Source of the DNA: Octopus vulgaris
Taxonomy: Eukaryota
Direction of reading: 5' to 3'
Assembly: GCA_951406725.2 (NCBI GenBank)
Contig: OX597818.1
Span: forward strand, 85,932,001 to 85,996,000
Length of the DNA stretch: 64,000 nt
Shown here: piece by piece, positions 48,672 through 63,087 of the stretch
How the letters are laid out: the number at the start of each line of letters is the position of its first letter
Numbering within the stretch: the first letter of the stretch is position 1
Translations under genes and position numbers: made by a program
The notes under the pieces: generated by a model
The model's input: only the letters and a program-made list of their open reading frames with translations
Databases searched by the model: none
What the model was told of the DNA's origin: nothing

Positions 48672-48898
48672 ACCTTTTACTCGTTTCTGTCGCTGAACTG
48701 CGGCCATGCGGGTGTACAGCTTTGAAAGATTTTAGTTAAACACGTCAACCCAAGTACTTATATTTTCTGGGGATTTTTTTCTTTTTCTTTTTCTTTTTTT
48801 CCAAGTGTGGTACTTCTGCTATCGGTCTCTAAATCACGGGGATGTGAACAAACCAACACTGGTTGTCAAGTGGTGGTGACAAACACAAACTCATACAG

Positions 48899-48944
<46 letters not shown>

Positions 48945-49044
48945 GAAGAAGAAGAAGAAGAAGAAGAAGAAAGGACAATCACAATTCAGTAGGGCACACT
49001 GCTAACGAGCTATTGCCCGTAGTCTACGCGATCCCTATAATCCG

Positions 49045-49112
<68 letters not shown>

Positions 49113-49426
49113 GTATATATATGTGTGTGTGTGTATAGGCGCAGGTGTGGCTGTGTGGTAAGAAGCCCGTCGTATACACACACACACACACACACACATA
49201 CATATATATATATTTGTGTGTCTGTGTTTGTCCTTCCACCACTGCTTGACAACCAATGCTGGTGTGTTTACGTCCCCGTAACTTAGCGGTTCGGCAAAAG
49301 AGACCGATAGAATAAGTACAAGGCTTACAAGAATAAGTCCTGGGGTCGATTTGTTCGACTAAAGGCGGTACTCTAGCATGGGCCTCCAGTTAGATGACTG
49401 AAACAAGTAAAAGGATAAAAGAAAAA

Positions 49427-49476
<50 letters not shown>

Positions 49477-49625
49477 TCCATACAGTTTCCGTTTACCAAA
49501 TTCACTTACAAGACATTGGCTGGCTCGGAGCTATAGTAGAAGACACTTGCCCGAGTGGCTGCGCAACATGAATGAATATGAAACCGCATAGTTTCAAAAC
49601 GAACTTCTTAACCGCACAGCCACGT
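48672..49625. mobile_element. SINE family A cluster (48672-48890 minus; 49137-49425 plus, internally deleted; 49475-49625 minus)
   Basis: The plus copy jumps from GTGGTAAGAAG to AAGCCCGTCG. Confidence 0.8.
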
Positions 49626-49934
49626 GTAATCACTGATATTTGTTGAGGCAGACTTGTAAAAGAATCGGGTGATTTGCTCCTATTATCTGAAAAGGTAATA
49701 TTTATCTGTCGGGTAAGAATTTCTGACATAGCTATAAAGCGTCATATTTATAATTATAAAGGCTCATATTTTTGAGTGACTGGGAAAATGAGTCTTTAGA
49801 GGTTATTCATATACTTTTCAGAGGCACTAATAACGTAAGGGAAACTCCTTAGCAACAACAACCGTAGAAACGGGATGACGACTGTGCCACTTGGTATTTT
49901 ACGGTACTCACTACACAAAGTAGAAATAACGATT

Positions 49935-51140
49935 TCTATTTTAAGCAGGTATGATGCCATGTAAATATGGGGTCTGTTGAGGGAACAGGTTATTAAATCT
50001 ATCTCATTACATAACCGGCTTGGAAAGATGAAAGGAAAAAAAAACACACTAACAATCAACCGCAGCGGGATTTGAACTTATAATTTAAAGAACCGTTACT
50101 AAATACCTCGTGTTATTTTAATCCAGTGCTCAAACAGTCCTGCCAATCCACTATTCTGTATTTAGAAGGAATGGTTTCTAATCTAGACACATGACCAGCA
50201 ATTTTAAGTGTAGGAGTTTAGTCGACTGCGCCGAGCCTAGTGCTTGACAAGTACTTTATTTTATCGACGCTGATATAAAGCAGCAAGCCATTCGGGTATA
50301 ACAATTCTGCCTTCTCGCTGTCTTATGATTTATGATTTAGGTGCAAGGACGCAAGGACTACAATTTTAAAGGAGAGGTAGTCGATACTATCGATCCCAGT
50401 ACTTCAATGGCACTTTATTTTATGGAACTCGGAAAGATAAAAAGCATCGTTGAACCCGATGGTATTTGAACTCAGAACGTAAAGTGCCAGAAGAAAGATG
50501 CTGCTAATGTTTGTCTCACGCGCTATTCTGCTTGCTCACCATGTAGAAAGAATAATTGGATCAAATTTTGGCATGAGGCTAGTAATTTTAGGTGGAATGG
50601 TTAAGTCGATCACATTGACCTTCAGAACTCAACTGGTACTTATTTTATCGACCTTGAAAGGATGATGGTTAAAGTTGACCTCAACAGTATCTGAACTCTT
50701 GCAGTCTTATGGTTTCTGATTTAGGAGCAAGGGCTACAATTTTAAAGGAGATTTAGTCGATACTGTCAATCCCAGTATTTCACTTTATGGAACTTGAAAA
50801 GATAAAGGGCAACGTTGAACTCACTGGTATTTGAACTCAGAATGTAAAGAGCCGGTCTAAAGGCTGTTAAGCAATTTATCCGACGCGCTAACGATCCTGC
50901 CAGTTCACCGTTCGTGTGTTTAGAGAAAATAATTGGTTCAAATTTTAGCATAAGGTTAGTAATTTTATGTGGAATGGTTAAGGCGATTTGGTTGGCCTCT
51001 AGCTGGCACTTATTTTATAGACCTTGGTAGAATGATAGTCAGAGTTGACAGCGACCATATCTGAACTCAGAATGTAAAAGTCCGGAATAAATATTGCTAA
51101 ACATCCAACGTACTCACAATTCGGCCAACACACTACCCTG
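49935..51140 (-). mobile_element. Array of old SINE family B copies including a ~385-bp tandem duplication
   Basis: TCTTATG.TT..TGATTTAGG..CAAGG..TACAATTTTAAAGGAGA at about 50321 and 50705. Confidence 0.7.
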
Positions 51141-51752
51141 ACAATAAGAAGAAATAATATCACATCACTAGTTGAACATTACCTAGTTTAAATTTTCTGT
51201 CCTGTGGTTTAATATTTTCCAAAGTAGCGGAGATGTTCGACACAGTTCTTTATTTTAAACTATTTGTATAAACATGAGAGGTGATTAAAACCGCTACTTC
51301 CTTAAACCGCTTAGAATTACATCACAGTGATTCTGTTTTCAATTTCAATGATTTATTTAGATCCATGCGTGTCAAATATTCTTCATTGCTAACCCCCGCT
51401 TCTCATTTATATGCATTACATTATATACATTATAAAGGCTGTTAATACAAACATTTTCAAGCATACCACACATGCCATGAGATATAAGGGCCTCTACCGA
51501 CTTCGTTTGTGTTGTGCTTCATAAACCATTATATTTATTACAAGGATTAAATGCAACTTGGAACATATTTGTAATGAATGTCATTTATAAATTATAACGT
51601 TATAAACACCTCATATAACAGTCATTGTACAAACGTTGTGTAGATGTTATATTAGCGACGTTACATCAATGATCTTTTACAACGGAGGTTATCAAGGTAT
51701 TAGACTACAGAATGTATGTAGTGTAGTTACATAGGCCGTCTGTATATCATGT

Positions 51753-51795
<43 letters not shown>

Positions 51796-51974
51796 CGTTG
51801 AAAAGTATGCAGCTATGAAACTACCTGAGATTTAAAAAAATCTCTTCATAAATATTTTTTGTGTTAAAAATACAATACATACCGGAGTGAGACGAACATT
51901 GACGATGCAGTGACTCGCGAAAACGACAGACGTGTTCTGCCTTTCTCGAGTCTTGTTAATGATAATAATAATAA

Positions 51975-52210
51975 TAATGGTTTCAAATATTTTCCACAAG
52001 GGCGGCTATTTTAGGGGAGAGGATGAGTCGATTACATCGACCGCAGTGTGTAACAGGTACTTATTTTATCGACTCCGAAAGGATGAACGATAAAGTCGGC
52101 CTCGGCGGAATTTGGACACAGAGCGTAGCGATGGGTGAAATACCGCTAAGCATTTCGTCCGGCGTGCTAACGATTCTGCCAGCTCACCAATTTTAATGAT
52201 AATAATAATG

Positions 52211-52269
<59 letters not shown>

Positions 52270-52467
52270 CCTTTCTAATATAGGCACAAGGCCTGAAATT
52301 TCGGTGGAGGGGGATAAGTCGATTACATTGGTCCCAGTGCTTACCTGGTACTTATCTTATCGGTCGCAAAATGATGAAAGGTAAAGTCGACCTCGGCGGA
52401 ATTTAAACTCAGAATGTAGCGACGAGCGAAATACCGATAAGCATTTTGCCTAGCGCGCTAACGATTC

Positions 52468-52470
<3 letters not shown>
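51975..52470 (-). mobile_element. Two SINE family B copies embedded in (AAT)n
   Basis: Copies at 51975-52190 and 52268-52468. Confidence 0.85.
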
Positions 52471-52549
<79 letters not shown>

Positions 52550-54219
52550 TCATTGGAATAGCGGAAGCTTGCTTGGCAGTGGAAAAAGTTGATGTAAACA
52601 AATGAAATAGCATAAAACTAAAACAAGTCTACGAAGAAACTTCATCTTCGACAGTTCTGCTGTTTCATGCCTTCTAACGTTGTATACACATTTAATATGA
52701 TACACAAATGGCGATTCAAATGTAGTCTATTCTGAATCAAAAACTGTTAAATTAGTTCTTATTTTGAAGGGTTTGCTTTTGTAATCCAGAAACAGCACAC
52801 AATAAAATAAATGAGATAAAGATGCAGATAAAACACCTAAATACAATAACCGTTGCAGACTCTGTGGCATTAACAGTGCAAATGCCGTTTACATCATAAG
52901 AAGCAATGCAACACTCGTGGAATGAACATTCTTCTCATTATTTGTAGGATTCAGTTTGTTTCTCAGTTACGTCTCTTTAAGTTCTACGCTTAAATATCAC
53001 AGATGATGACTTATTTATTAACCTTTTGGGGTAATGCAGTAAATACCATAAAGTACTAAAGTCAATTAAATTTATTTTTTCCCTTTCCATAATAATTATT
53101 GTGAACTTGTGACTGTGTTAGAAATCCTTATATGAAAATGTATTACGATTAGACATTTTATTGAATATGTAAGGGAACCATTGATAAAATAAGTATTAAG
53201 ATACGAGGTACCATTAGCTAGATTGTAATTCTTGTAAAACTATTTTGTTGATGAAATTGGCCTTGTGCCTTGTTAGACGAAATAATAGTTTGAAAAATTA
53301 GTAAAAATGTATAAGAACTTATTTGGTTATCTCACTGAAAAAAAAACAGAAGATATAACCGCAACATCTCATTGAATAACAGCCAAAAGCAACAAGAAGA
53401 AAATAGCTAAAAGAAGAACAACGGCAACAACAACAAGATGATCAATTTATATAACAGCATTTAAACAAGTCTCATGATTTATCAAGATAAACCGAACATA
53501 GGTCAGTTGTATAGATATACATATTCTTTTTCCGAATCAAAGATGATTTATTGCTTGGTCAGAGACTGCCAGGTTAAAGACATAGACAGAGTATGGTGCC
53601 AACTTAGTTTTGCGCATTTATTTCTAGAAGGAAATGAATGAATAAAAATTGCGTCTTCAGATCGGAAAGGTGTTACAAATATTGCTTATTGAGAAATACT
53701 AAAATTGGTGGTAAAGCTTAAACTGAGAATTGAATAAAGCAAAGTAAAATTGGTATGTAAAACAGATTTTTATCGTTAAGTGATGAGGAAAAAATTCTTC
53801 AGGATAGACGTTGGTCTACCCCGGATGCTTTCAAACATTTTCTGAGATCTATTTTTCATCATAATAATCTAAACTATGTAAAAATAAATATCTTGCTCTG
53901 AGTTACTGAAACACTGAAATTATAAAGTCATATCCGCAGTTCAAAACCTTACTTCATCCATAAATTGAGCATAAATATTAGTGATATCTACATAGGAAGG
54001 GAACAGAAATGGGTAGCTCAAAATATTTTCCTACATGTGTTTCTATATCGTGGTTATTCAGTCAATAATGGATAATAATACATGATATTACGTTATTCCC
54101 ACTAAATCATCAGGTAATATTGAGTCTTTTATGAGCGAAATCAAACTGTGATTCCCATTACACACATATGCATGTATATATATATAAATTTATATATTTG
54201 TGTGTGTGTGTGTGTGTGT

Positions 54220-54542
54220 GAGGATACGTGGCTTAGTGGTTAGGGCATTCGGCTCATGATCGTAAGGTTGTGAGTTCGATTCTTGGCGACGCGTTGTGTC
54301 CTTGAGCAAGGCACTTTATTTCACGTTGCTCCAGTCCACTCAGCTGGCAAAAATGAGTAGTGCCTGTATTTCAAAGGGCCAGCCTTGTCACATTCTGTGT
54401 CACGCTGAATCTCCTTGTGAACTACGTTAAGGGTACACGTGTCTGTGGAATGCTCAGCCACTTGCACGTTAATTTCACGAGCAAGCTGTTCCGTTGATAG
54501 TATCAGCTGGGACCCTCGTCGTCGTAACCGACGGATTGCTCT
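54220..54542 (+). mobile_element. SINE family C, full length
   Basis: GTGGCTTAGTGGTTAGGG (A box), GAGTTCGATTC (B box), TTGTGTCCTTGAGCAAGGCACTTTA (CORE-like). Confidence 0.85.
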
Positions 54543-54547
54543 TATAA

Positions 54548-54608
<61 letters not shown>

Positions 54609-54729
54609 CATTAGACAGCTGTTTAGCAATGTATCACTAAAAATATGACAGAGGATGTTAGAACATATACAATGCTAGAAATATGAGCTAAAGTGCTCTG
54701 ATGCTGCAGTCAACGCATCAGTGAAAACA

Positions 54730-55130
54730 AAAGGGTTGCTCTGGGCAATAGCAAAATTTTCGATTGTGCCCAGCTTGAGAAATTTTCCGGCAAAGTTAGC
54801 CAGAAGTAGACTCCATTAATTCTCGTCTTATGGATCAAAAACTTTCTGCCAGACCCCCTATCGATGCATGCATCATCGCCCTTTGGATCAAAAACTTTCT
54901 GCCAGACCCCCTATCGATGAATGCATCAACGGGTTCCACGCATTCCACCAACTGTGTTTCATCTAAGTGTTCAGTTATGTCTCTTAAATTCTTCGGTTTC
55001 ACATGCAACAACAATCTTCCGTAGATATCTTATCTTTTATATTCTAGTAACGTTCTGCATGGACATGTTCTCCCACTTGCTATCTACACACTTTACATCT
55101 GTTATATACTATTTCTACGAACAGATATAG
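54730..55130 (+). mobile_element. Highly decayed CR1/Jockey-like RT fragment with a 53-bp-period duplication
   Basis: LWIKNFL (twice, 54831 and 54884) and SNVLHGHVLPLAIY resembling SGVPQGSVLGPLLF. Confidence 0.45.
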
Positions 55131-55849
55131 TAGGTCTTTAACGAACAAAACTCTCCCGTAACTGTGTGTTAATGCCGAAGTCTGTCAAGGATACTTTGAC
55201 AGTATCCTTGTGGCAATTTCGTTTCCAACCAGCCGACTGTCTACAAACTACAAACTCTTAGTAGAAAAGGTTTTATGGATGTTAAGGTAGGTGTAGCGCA
55301 TTTGGTGGATGTTTTTATCGTATTACTTTGGGAATAAGTCGACCACTTTTGTTTTTCACTTGGCATACAGCTCTCACCTGTGGTTCAAATATGTAGTGTG
55401 ATCAGCAATGACACAGCTATGACTGGCAGACTAAACTAGATAAGGGTAGCTAACGCGTCTCGAACTCTCGGTTAGTCAAGGTGTGTTTATCCTTGTATGT
55501 GAATATTGAGTCCGGTGGATTGAAGGAACGGAACCTAAAGTGAATCTTGCAATATAAAGAAAGTGATCTTAACAAACAATCTGAAATGTTAAGAGAATGA
55601 CGAGAGACTTTACAAGTCCTAGACTACATCGAAACCTACGTTCATCTGTTTTGACTCGTCTTGTTCCCGGATCAAGCTAAGCCTGGATAAGTGAGTGATG
55701 CTGATGTTGCACAAATGTCTTTCACTTAAAACCAATTTACATGCAAGTTATGACATTATAAACTTGCCCAATCATAAGTCATGTGGTGACGGAGGAGTGG
55801 CTAGGATGTATAACTGCAGACGAGAAACTATTACACAAGCAGCTCAGAT

Positions 55850-56070
55850 TGTATAGTTGTTCTTTATTGGTTCCTGAGACACAAATAAAATCCAAGAAAC
55901 CAATGAAAAACTGACGAGAGCTTTCTGGAGTCCGCAGCACCCACAACACTCCCCCGAGGAAAGGGATAGAAAAAGACTTTCACCGTATAATTGTTCTTTA
56001 TTGGATTCTGAGACAAAGATGAAATCCAGGAGACCACCGAAAGCCTGAAGAGAGCTTTGTGAGGTCCCCC
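55850..56070. repeat. Two diverged ~133-bp direct repeats, possibly an LTR remnant
   Basis: GTATA.TTGTTCTTTATTGG..CTGAGACA at about 55851 and 55985. AATAAA on the minus strand. Confidence 0.45.
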
Positions 56071-56149
56071 TTCCCTATCTCGAACAAAGAGTCAGAAAAA
56101 GATTCTGAATGTTTTTTTCACTTCGTTCAACTCCCAATCTTATGCAGAC

Positions 56150-56330
56150 CTACCATCTTTCATTTGTTAATAAAGGTGTCACCCATATGCTGTCTACACA
56201 CTTTTCACTCGGTTCAAACTAATTCTATGAAGAGATATTTTAAGGCTCTCGGTCACAAGATTCTTCCAAGAATCCGAATCAATGCTGAAATCTTTCAAGG
56301 ATGCCTTGGCAGTAAGTAATCTTGTGTCTC
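56150..56330 (-). mobile_element. RTE/BovB-like LINE 3' scrap
   Basis: Minus translation KASLKDFSIDSDSWKNL. Confidence 0.45.
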
Positions 56331-57633
56331 TGTTTCATCTCCAAGCGATCGAACGTTTGATAACAACAAACTTTTTAATGTAACTGACAGGCACAAAACT
56401 TTCGGTCAGAAACGTTAACAAAAAACAGGTACACCCCGATTGTTGTAAGCACATGGTACGAGAGATAATCTTGGACAACATCAAAGCAAAGAGACTTGAG
56501 GGAAGAGAAGTTTTGGTTGTTAGAAAACTCAAAAGACACGGTACAACGATACTGAATGGTAGGGTTATGGCACAGCAATTTCCTCTGGCTGACGAACGAC
56601 GCGAACCATATTCAGAACTTTCGTATTGACAGTGGCAACTCGAGGAAGTCAAAGTAAAGTTTCATGAAGAACAGAATTTCCTAATCAGGTCTGTATCAAA
56701 CCAGCCATCCATCTATCCATCCACCTCTCGATTCCTCTACCAATCCATCCATCCATCCAACCATCCTTTTCGTTTACTATTCACAGGAGAGTCATGAGGG
56801 TAGAGTCCTCATGTACCTGAGGTCTGGGGTCGACCTGTTCGACTAAACCCTTCTAGATGGTGCTCCATCATGACCGCAGTCCAATGACTAAAACAAGAAA
56901 ACTATAAGAGATAAGATTGAAAATTCTATTATCCACAATTCAAAGACACCTTTTTTTCGTTTGAAAGTGCATTGTTCTTTGGGTTATCGTTTAGAGCTTG
57001 GAGCTACAACTAACGAACACTACAATGCCCTTAGCAGCTTCCTTGGCAAAGAAACTAGCAAATTTTGAGCAAGCAAAATAATATTTTGCATGAATAATAT
57101 TATATTAAGTTGCATGAGTAAATATTTCTTTCTCTGCTTAAATAGGAAAACGTTAACATTTTGCTGCTAGGTTAAATATGCTTGAAGCATATGTAAATAG
57201 TGTAAGTATTAAATATGTATCTACATACATATTTACGTTTGATTTGCTTTTCATTCGATAAACGGTCGGTTTCTGTTAGAATGGTAGGACATGATAAGGA
57301 ATATTAAAGAATTCCCACAAAGTCCGTCGTACACCCCCCCCACACACATACACACACACACACACACACGCACACATGCACGCGCCCACACACATTTAAT
57401 ATCATCTGGATATTAATATTATAACGTGTATTTCAAAGCCCCTCTACAGTTGTCAGCTATCACATATCATCATACGGAAACATTACTTTTTTACTGGGTA
57501 TACATGTGGAAATCCGTTAGCATAGGCACGCTTCCTATAAAAATTTATAAACCAAGAAGATAGAATGAACAGGCTTTAATCACAAATTACATTTGTTTCT
57601 GTGCACTAATAACATCCGTATATATAATATGTA

Positions 57634-58828
57634 CAGGGTGCGTAAGATATTTGAGGACAGATTCTTGTTTATAAACAAAAACAGGTATATAACAGAAAAT
57701 AAGTTTATTTATCCAAAAATGCTATGAGGATAAAAATAAACTTTCATTTCTATGATGTTATTCAATAAAGCCACGTTCAGCTGCTTCAACAATTGCTTTT
57801 ATATGAGATCTAAATCATCTACAAGCTCGGATCAAGTGATTATGATTCATTTTGGACATTACTCTGACTGACTTCTTTCAAAGAATCTTTGGTGCTATGG
57901 GCGTGCTCATTGACTCCAAATGTAATAGTCTAATGAATTGAGATTTGGGGAATTAGGAGGCCAAATGTTAGGGGTTATGTAATTATGAAACTTTTCAGCC
58001 ATCCGTTCCTGTGTTACTAGAGCCATGTGTGATAGTGCTGGGTCTTACTGAAACACATGTTATTTCTAGAACCTCAATGTCGGCGGCAGAGTTAACTCTA
58101 AGGCTTTGTGGAAAGAAGTAAAGAGATATCAAATGTCCTTCATTGCTGACAACCCCTAAAACCACGATAGCTGCAAGAAATTTTGTATGCGTAACACTTG
58201 GAACTTCAGAAGGGTCTGCACATAACCATCTGTGATTTCTTCTGTTAACTTTTTGATCTTGGTCGAAGTTTTTCTCGTTTGAGAAAAACCAAATCAAACT
58301 TTCTTCTGCTGGATTTTTCAGTTTGTTTAAGAGCCTTTTAGGTCTGATGTAGTGATTTTCTTTTGCTTTTTCTGACAAATTGATCTTTCCTCATCATATA
58401 AGATTTATATCTGATGTCTTCGTGGACAACATTTCTGACTGTTCCTTGTGACACATAGAATTCTTTTGCAATTGACCACATGGAATTTCTGGGATTCTAA
58501 TCAATGTTCTGTTGAACTTGCTGGATAAATTCAGGTTTTCTGATGATTTCAGAGCGTTTAGAATGCTTTTTATGCTTTGATACTGGTGATACGTTTCCAT
58601 CTTCAATCTGTAACTCCTTACAAACTTTGTAGACGAAAGATCTGGCAACATTTAAAAATCGAGATATTTCTAAATCACTATGCTCAGCCTTTATAACCAC
58701 AATAACAGCATGCTTCTTCATTTCTTGAGTAAGCTGAGGGTCTGCCATTATTATTTTCTGAAACAAAGATTATACAGAGTTAGCAATGACTCCAAAAATA
58801 TATGTCCCCAAATACCTTATGCACCTTG
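57634..58828 (-). mobile_element. Near full-length maT-like Tc1-mariner element (1195 bp) with TIRs and TA TSD; transposase disrupted
   Basis: TA-CAGGGTGCGTAAGATATTTGAGGACA ... TGTCCCCAAATACCTTATGCACCTTG-TA. HTH region EISRFLNVARSFVYKV and WFFSNEKNFDQDQKVNRRNHRW. Confidence 0.9.
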
Positions 58829-58935
58829 TATAATATGCACAATCAGCAACTAACAGCTGACACTAAAGCACAGAAACAGATATTGCAATTTGTGATTAAA
58901 TCTTATTTATTTCATCTTCTTGTTTTATAAATTTA

Positions 58936-58939
58936 TATA

Positions 58940-59015
<76 letters not shown>

Positions 59016-59315
59016 CGTGCGTGCGTGTGTGTGTGTGCGCGTATTTATTTGAGTATATATTTGTATATGATTGCGATTTTGAGTGTGTCTCTGAGTGTTT
59101 GTGACATGCCAAAGATTTTCCCATCTGAAATTCTTTAATTGAATATAATATACACACTAACATAAACACATTTTACAAACCACGGGCATCATCTATACCT
59201 AAACAGTCTTTTCACTTTGTTAGCGAGCGGCGTGAATTCCATGAATAAAGACATAAATAGATCTCAAAGATACACACTAATCTACACACACATACACACA
59301 CACGCGCACACACAC

Positions 59316-59370
<55 letters not shown>

Positions 59371-59607
59371 ACGGTCTTACGCACACACATTCACATATGT
59401 GTGTATATCTGTGAATGCGAGTGTATGTTAGGAACGTGTGTATATGTACGCTTTCTCAAAATCAAATTAATATATATTAAATTAAAATATATTTTAGTTT
59501 CTTGACAGAATAAAAGCCGTTCATTAGCAAAACCAAAAGACTCCGGTTTTGAAGTCAAAGTACTGTCAGGATTGTATATATAAATGTGTGTGTGTGCGTG
59601 TGTGTGC

Positions 59608-59689
<82 letters not shown>

Positions 59690-60324
59690 ATTTATTTTGC
59701 GTCTATACATGCAATATCCATATATTCCCACATACATGCCTTCGTATGTATGTATGCATGTGTGCATACATATATGTCTATACGTATATATAAATATATA
59801 GAAAGTGAGTGAGTGAGAGAGAAAGAGAGAGAGAGAGGGAAAGAAAGAAATACAAAAGAATGTATGTTGACTGTATGCATGCAGGGATCGAGGGATCGAT
59901 GTGTATATGTATGTATGTATGCCAGCATGTATGTGTGTATGCATACTTGTGTATACAAGCATGTGCCTACCTCTAACAGAGTAAAATGCACCGTCTTTGA
60001 ACAGTAAACAAATACATGGACGCAAACAGAAAAATATGCATACGGATGCACACTCTCATACACTCACCTGCATATATATACACATATACAACTTTTATAC
60101 ATTCATGTATAACAAATGTATCTTAACGTTTAGAGGCATTAACATTCTATTCGATATCTCAACACACACATACACACACAAACATACATATACATGCATG
60201 CATGCATATATATGTATACACACACATATATATACATATACATATTCACACACATCTATCTATCTATACACACACATACACATACTTTCATATATACATG
60301 CATACATGCATGCATATATATATG

Positions 60325-60385
<61 letters not shown>

Positions 60386-60863
60386 GTACATATACATATT
60401 CACACACATCTATCTATCTATCAATAAACATTCATGCATACATATATACATACACACACACGCATATACATATTCACACATACTTATCCCAACATTGATT
60501 CATATATTTACGTGTGTGCGCATTTGTGTGGGGGTCTGTACTTCGAGTATTTGTGTGTGCGTGGGTGTGTGTTTGTGTATGTATGTATGTATGTATTTAT
60601 GTATGTTTTATGTATTTATGTATACATTACAAAATCTAACTGAATGCAAATGTAATCAAAGATATAGTTTCTAAAGCTTCCCTTTTTTTTTTAAACAGAC
60701 ATCTCTAAGCCAAATAAACAGACCACGTGATAAGAGGAATGGTAAATTCCTCGCTTACCAGTCCACGAATAAACATTAGGTTTCCAATCAAAATACAAAT
60801 GTCCATTGGTGAGCAATTTAGAATAGGTTGGCTCTACCGAAATATCCCGTCATGGATATATAT

Positions 60864-60941
<78 letters not shown>

Positions 60942-60987
60942 ACATAAATACATACATACACACACACATATATATTTATATATATGT

Positions 60988-61064
<77 letters not shown>

Positions 61065-61071
61065 TGTACAC

Positions 61072-61102
<31 letters not shown>

Positions 61103-61190
61103 CAAACATACATACGTACACACACATATTTATATATATGTATACACACATACATACACACACACACATATATATCTATATATATCTATA

Positions 61191-61225
<35 letters not shown>

Positions 61226-61232
61226 ACATATA

Positions 61233-61286
<54 letters not shown>

Positions 61287-61299
61287 AACATACATACGT

Positions 61300-61330
<31 letters not shown>

Positions 61331-61417
61331 CACATATGCATACAATATGTCTGACGGATGGGTTGCGTTTGAAGTTTAGTTTATGGCCTTTCAAGGTTTT
61401 ATATAGCTGTATATGCG

Positions 61418-61484
<67 letters not shown>

Positions 61485-61915
61485 ATATATGTATATATGT
61501 ATGTATATAAGCGAATATACATGACGTTGGTAAATTTTTGTTTCATACGATAACAGTCCTCTACATATGCATATGTATGTGTGTGTGAGTGTATTTGTGT
61601 GTGGATAGTATATATGAGAGAGAGGGGGAGAGGGAGAGAGAAAGAGATAGAAACAGAGACTGAGACAGAGGGAGAGAGAAAGAAACAGAGCGAGGGAGAG
61701 AGACAGAAACAGAGCGGGGGAGAGAGATAGAGAGACAGAGACAAAGACAAAAGAGAAACAGACAGACGGAGAGACTCACGGACAGACAGACTCGCAGATA
61801 GGCAGTCTCACAGAGATTCAAACAGAGAGACTCACAGACAGAGAAACAAAGAACGAGAGAGGAAAAGAGGAGAGAGAGAGAGAGCGAGACAGACAGACAA
61901 GTAGACAGACAGAGG

Positions 61916-61969
<54 letters not shown>

Positions 61970-62010
61970 CAGACAGACAGACAGAGACAGAGATAGAGTG
62001 GGAATGGTGA
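58936..62010. repeat. Microsatellite field (GT, CA, TA, GA, GACA)
   Basis: Directly visible, with short unique spacers. Confidence 0.9.
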
Positions 62011-62434
62011 TTAGAAGACAATGCTTAATAAATTATGAATACACACACATTGAATCGTACCTATTTACATATATGTAAAGTGCGAAAACTTTGTGAATAG
62101 TGTCTCTGAATCTGCATACGTGTATGGTGATGTTTATTTGATTATGTGTATATGAATATGTATAATGTGTGTGTGTATCAAGGTGTTTATTTATACCTGT
62201 AACCTATATTACTTTATACCTCCTGGTGGGTAGCACGTTGATACTAATGCGCTTACTGATGCAAAGCTGTACTGTAAATTAGGGAAAATCACAATTAAGA
62301 AAGACCTCTAACTGGTACTTATTTTTTCAACCCTTAAAGGATAATATTGTCTCTTCAATTATTCTTAATTAATAATTTCTTTTCTAGACAGCCAAACAAC
62401 AAAAAAAGTCATATTTGGAAAATGTAATTTAGGA

Positions 62435-63000
62435 TCAGGTATGACTCTGTGGTTAAGAAGCTCGCTTTGCAGCCACATGGTTTCGGGTACTGTCCCACTG
62501 CGTGGAACCTTAAGTAAGTATCTTCTACTACAGCCCTAGCTCCCGGTCGACCAATGCCTTTTGGGTGAGTTTGGTGGTTAGAAACTGTGTGGAAGCCAGT
62601 TCATTCTTTTCTATTCAAAAGGGTTTTTTCATTCTTATATTTACATGCTATTATTTATAGCTTTATGTGTGCTTCGAGAACCAATATTATCAAAAAGATA
62701 TATGTACACACACACACACACACACACATACACTAATACATAATGTGTGTATATATGGGTTTGTGTGAGTGTGTGTGTGAGTATGTATGTGTGTGTGAGA
62801 GTGTGTGTTTGTCCCACCACCGCTTGACAATCAGTGTTGTGTTGGTTTGTTTACGTCACCGTAATCTAGTGGTTCAGCAAAGAATGTTCGATACATTAAG
62901 CATTTGGCTTAAAAATAAGTACTGGATCGAATTGTTCAACTTAAATCCTTCAATGCAGTGCTCCATCATGGCCACAATCCAATAGCTAGAACAACTGAAA
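62435..63000 (+). mobile_element. Old SINE family A copy, split in the middle
   Basis: 5' half 62435-62600 and 3' half 62790-63000. Confidence 0.65.
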
Positions 63001-63087
63001 AATAACAGACAACTGAAATGTATCAACCTTGTGTATTACTAGTACTTACATCAAGGAAATGAAAGAAGGAAAGAAACGTGTCTAGTG

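Noticed and set aside
49906-49935. Minus-strand microexon ending in a GTGAGT donor
   Set aside because: The putative exon overlaps the tail of a family B SINE and the acceptor is poor.
51183-51250. Minus-strand exon VSNISATLENIKPQDRKFKL ending in AG|GTAATG
   Set aside because: No credible polypyrimidine acceptor and an in-frame stop just upstream.
55911-56051. CTGACGA and CTGAAGA in the two 133-bp repeats as hammerhead cores
   Set aside because: No stem II, GAAA box and stem III arrangement follows either motif.
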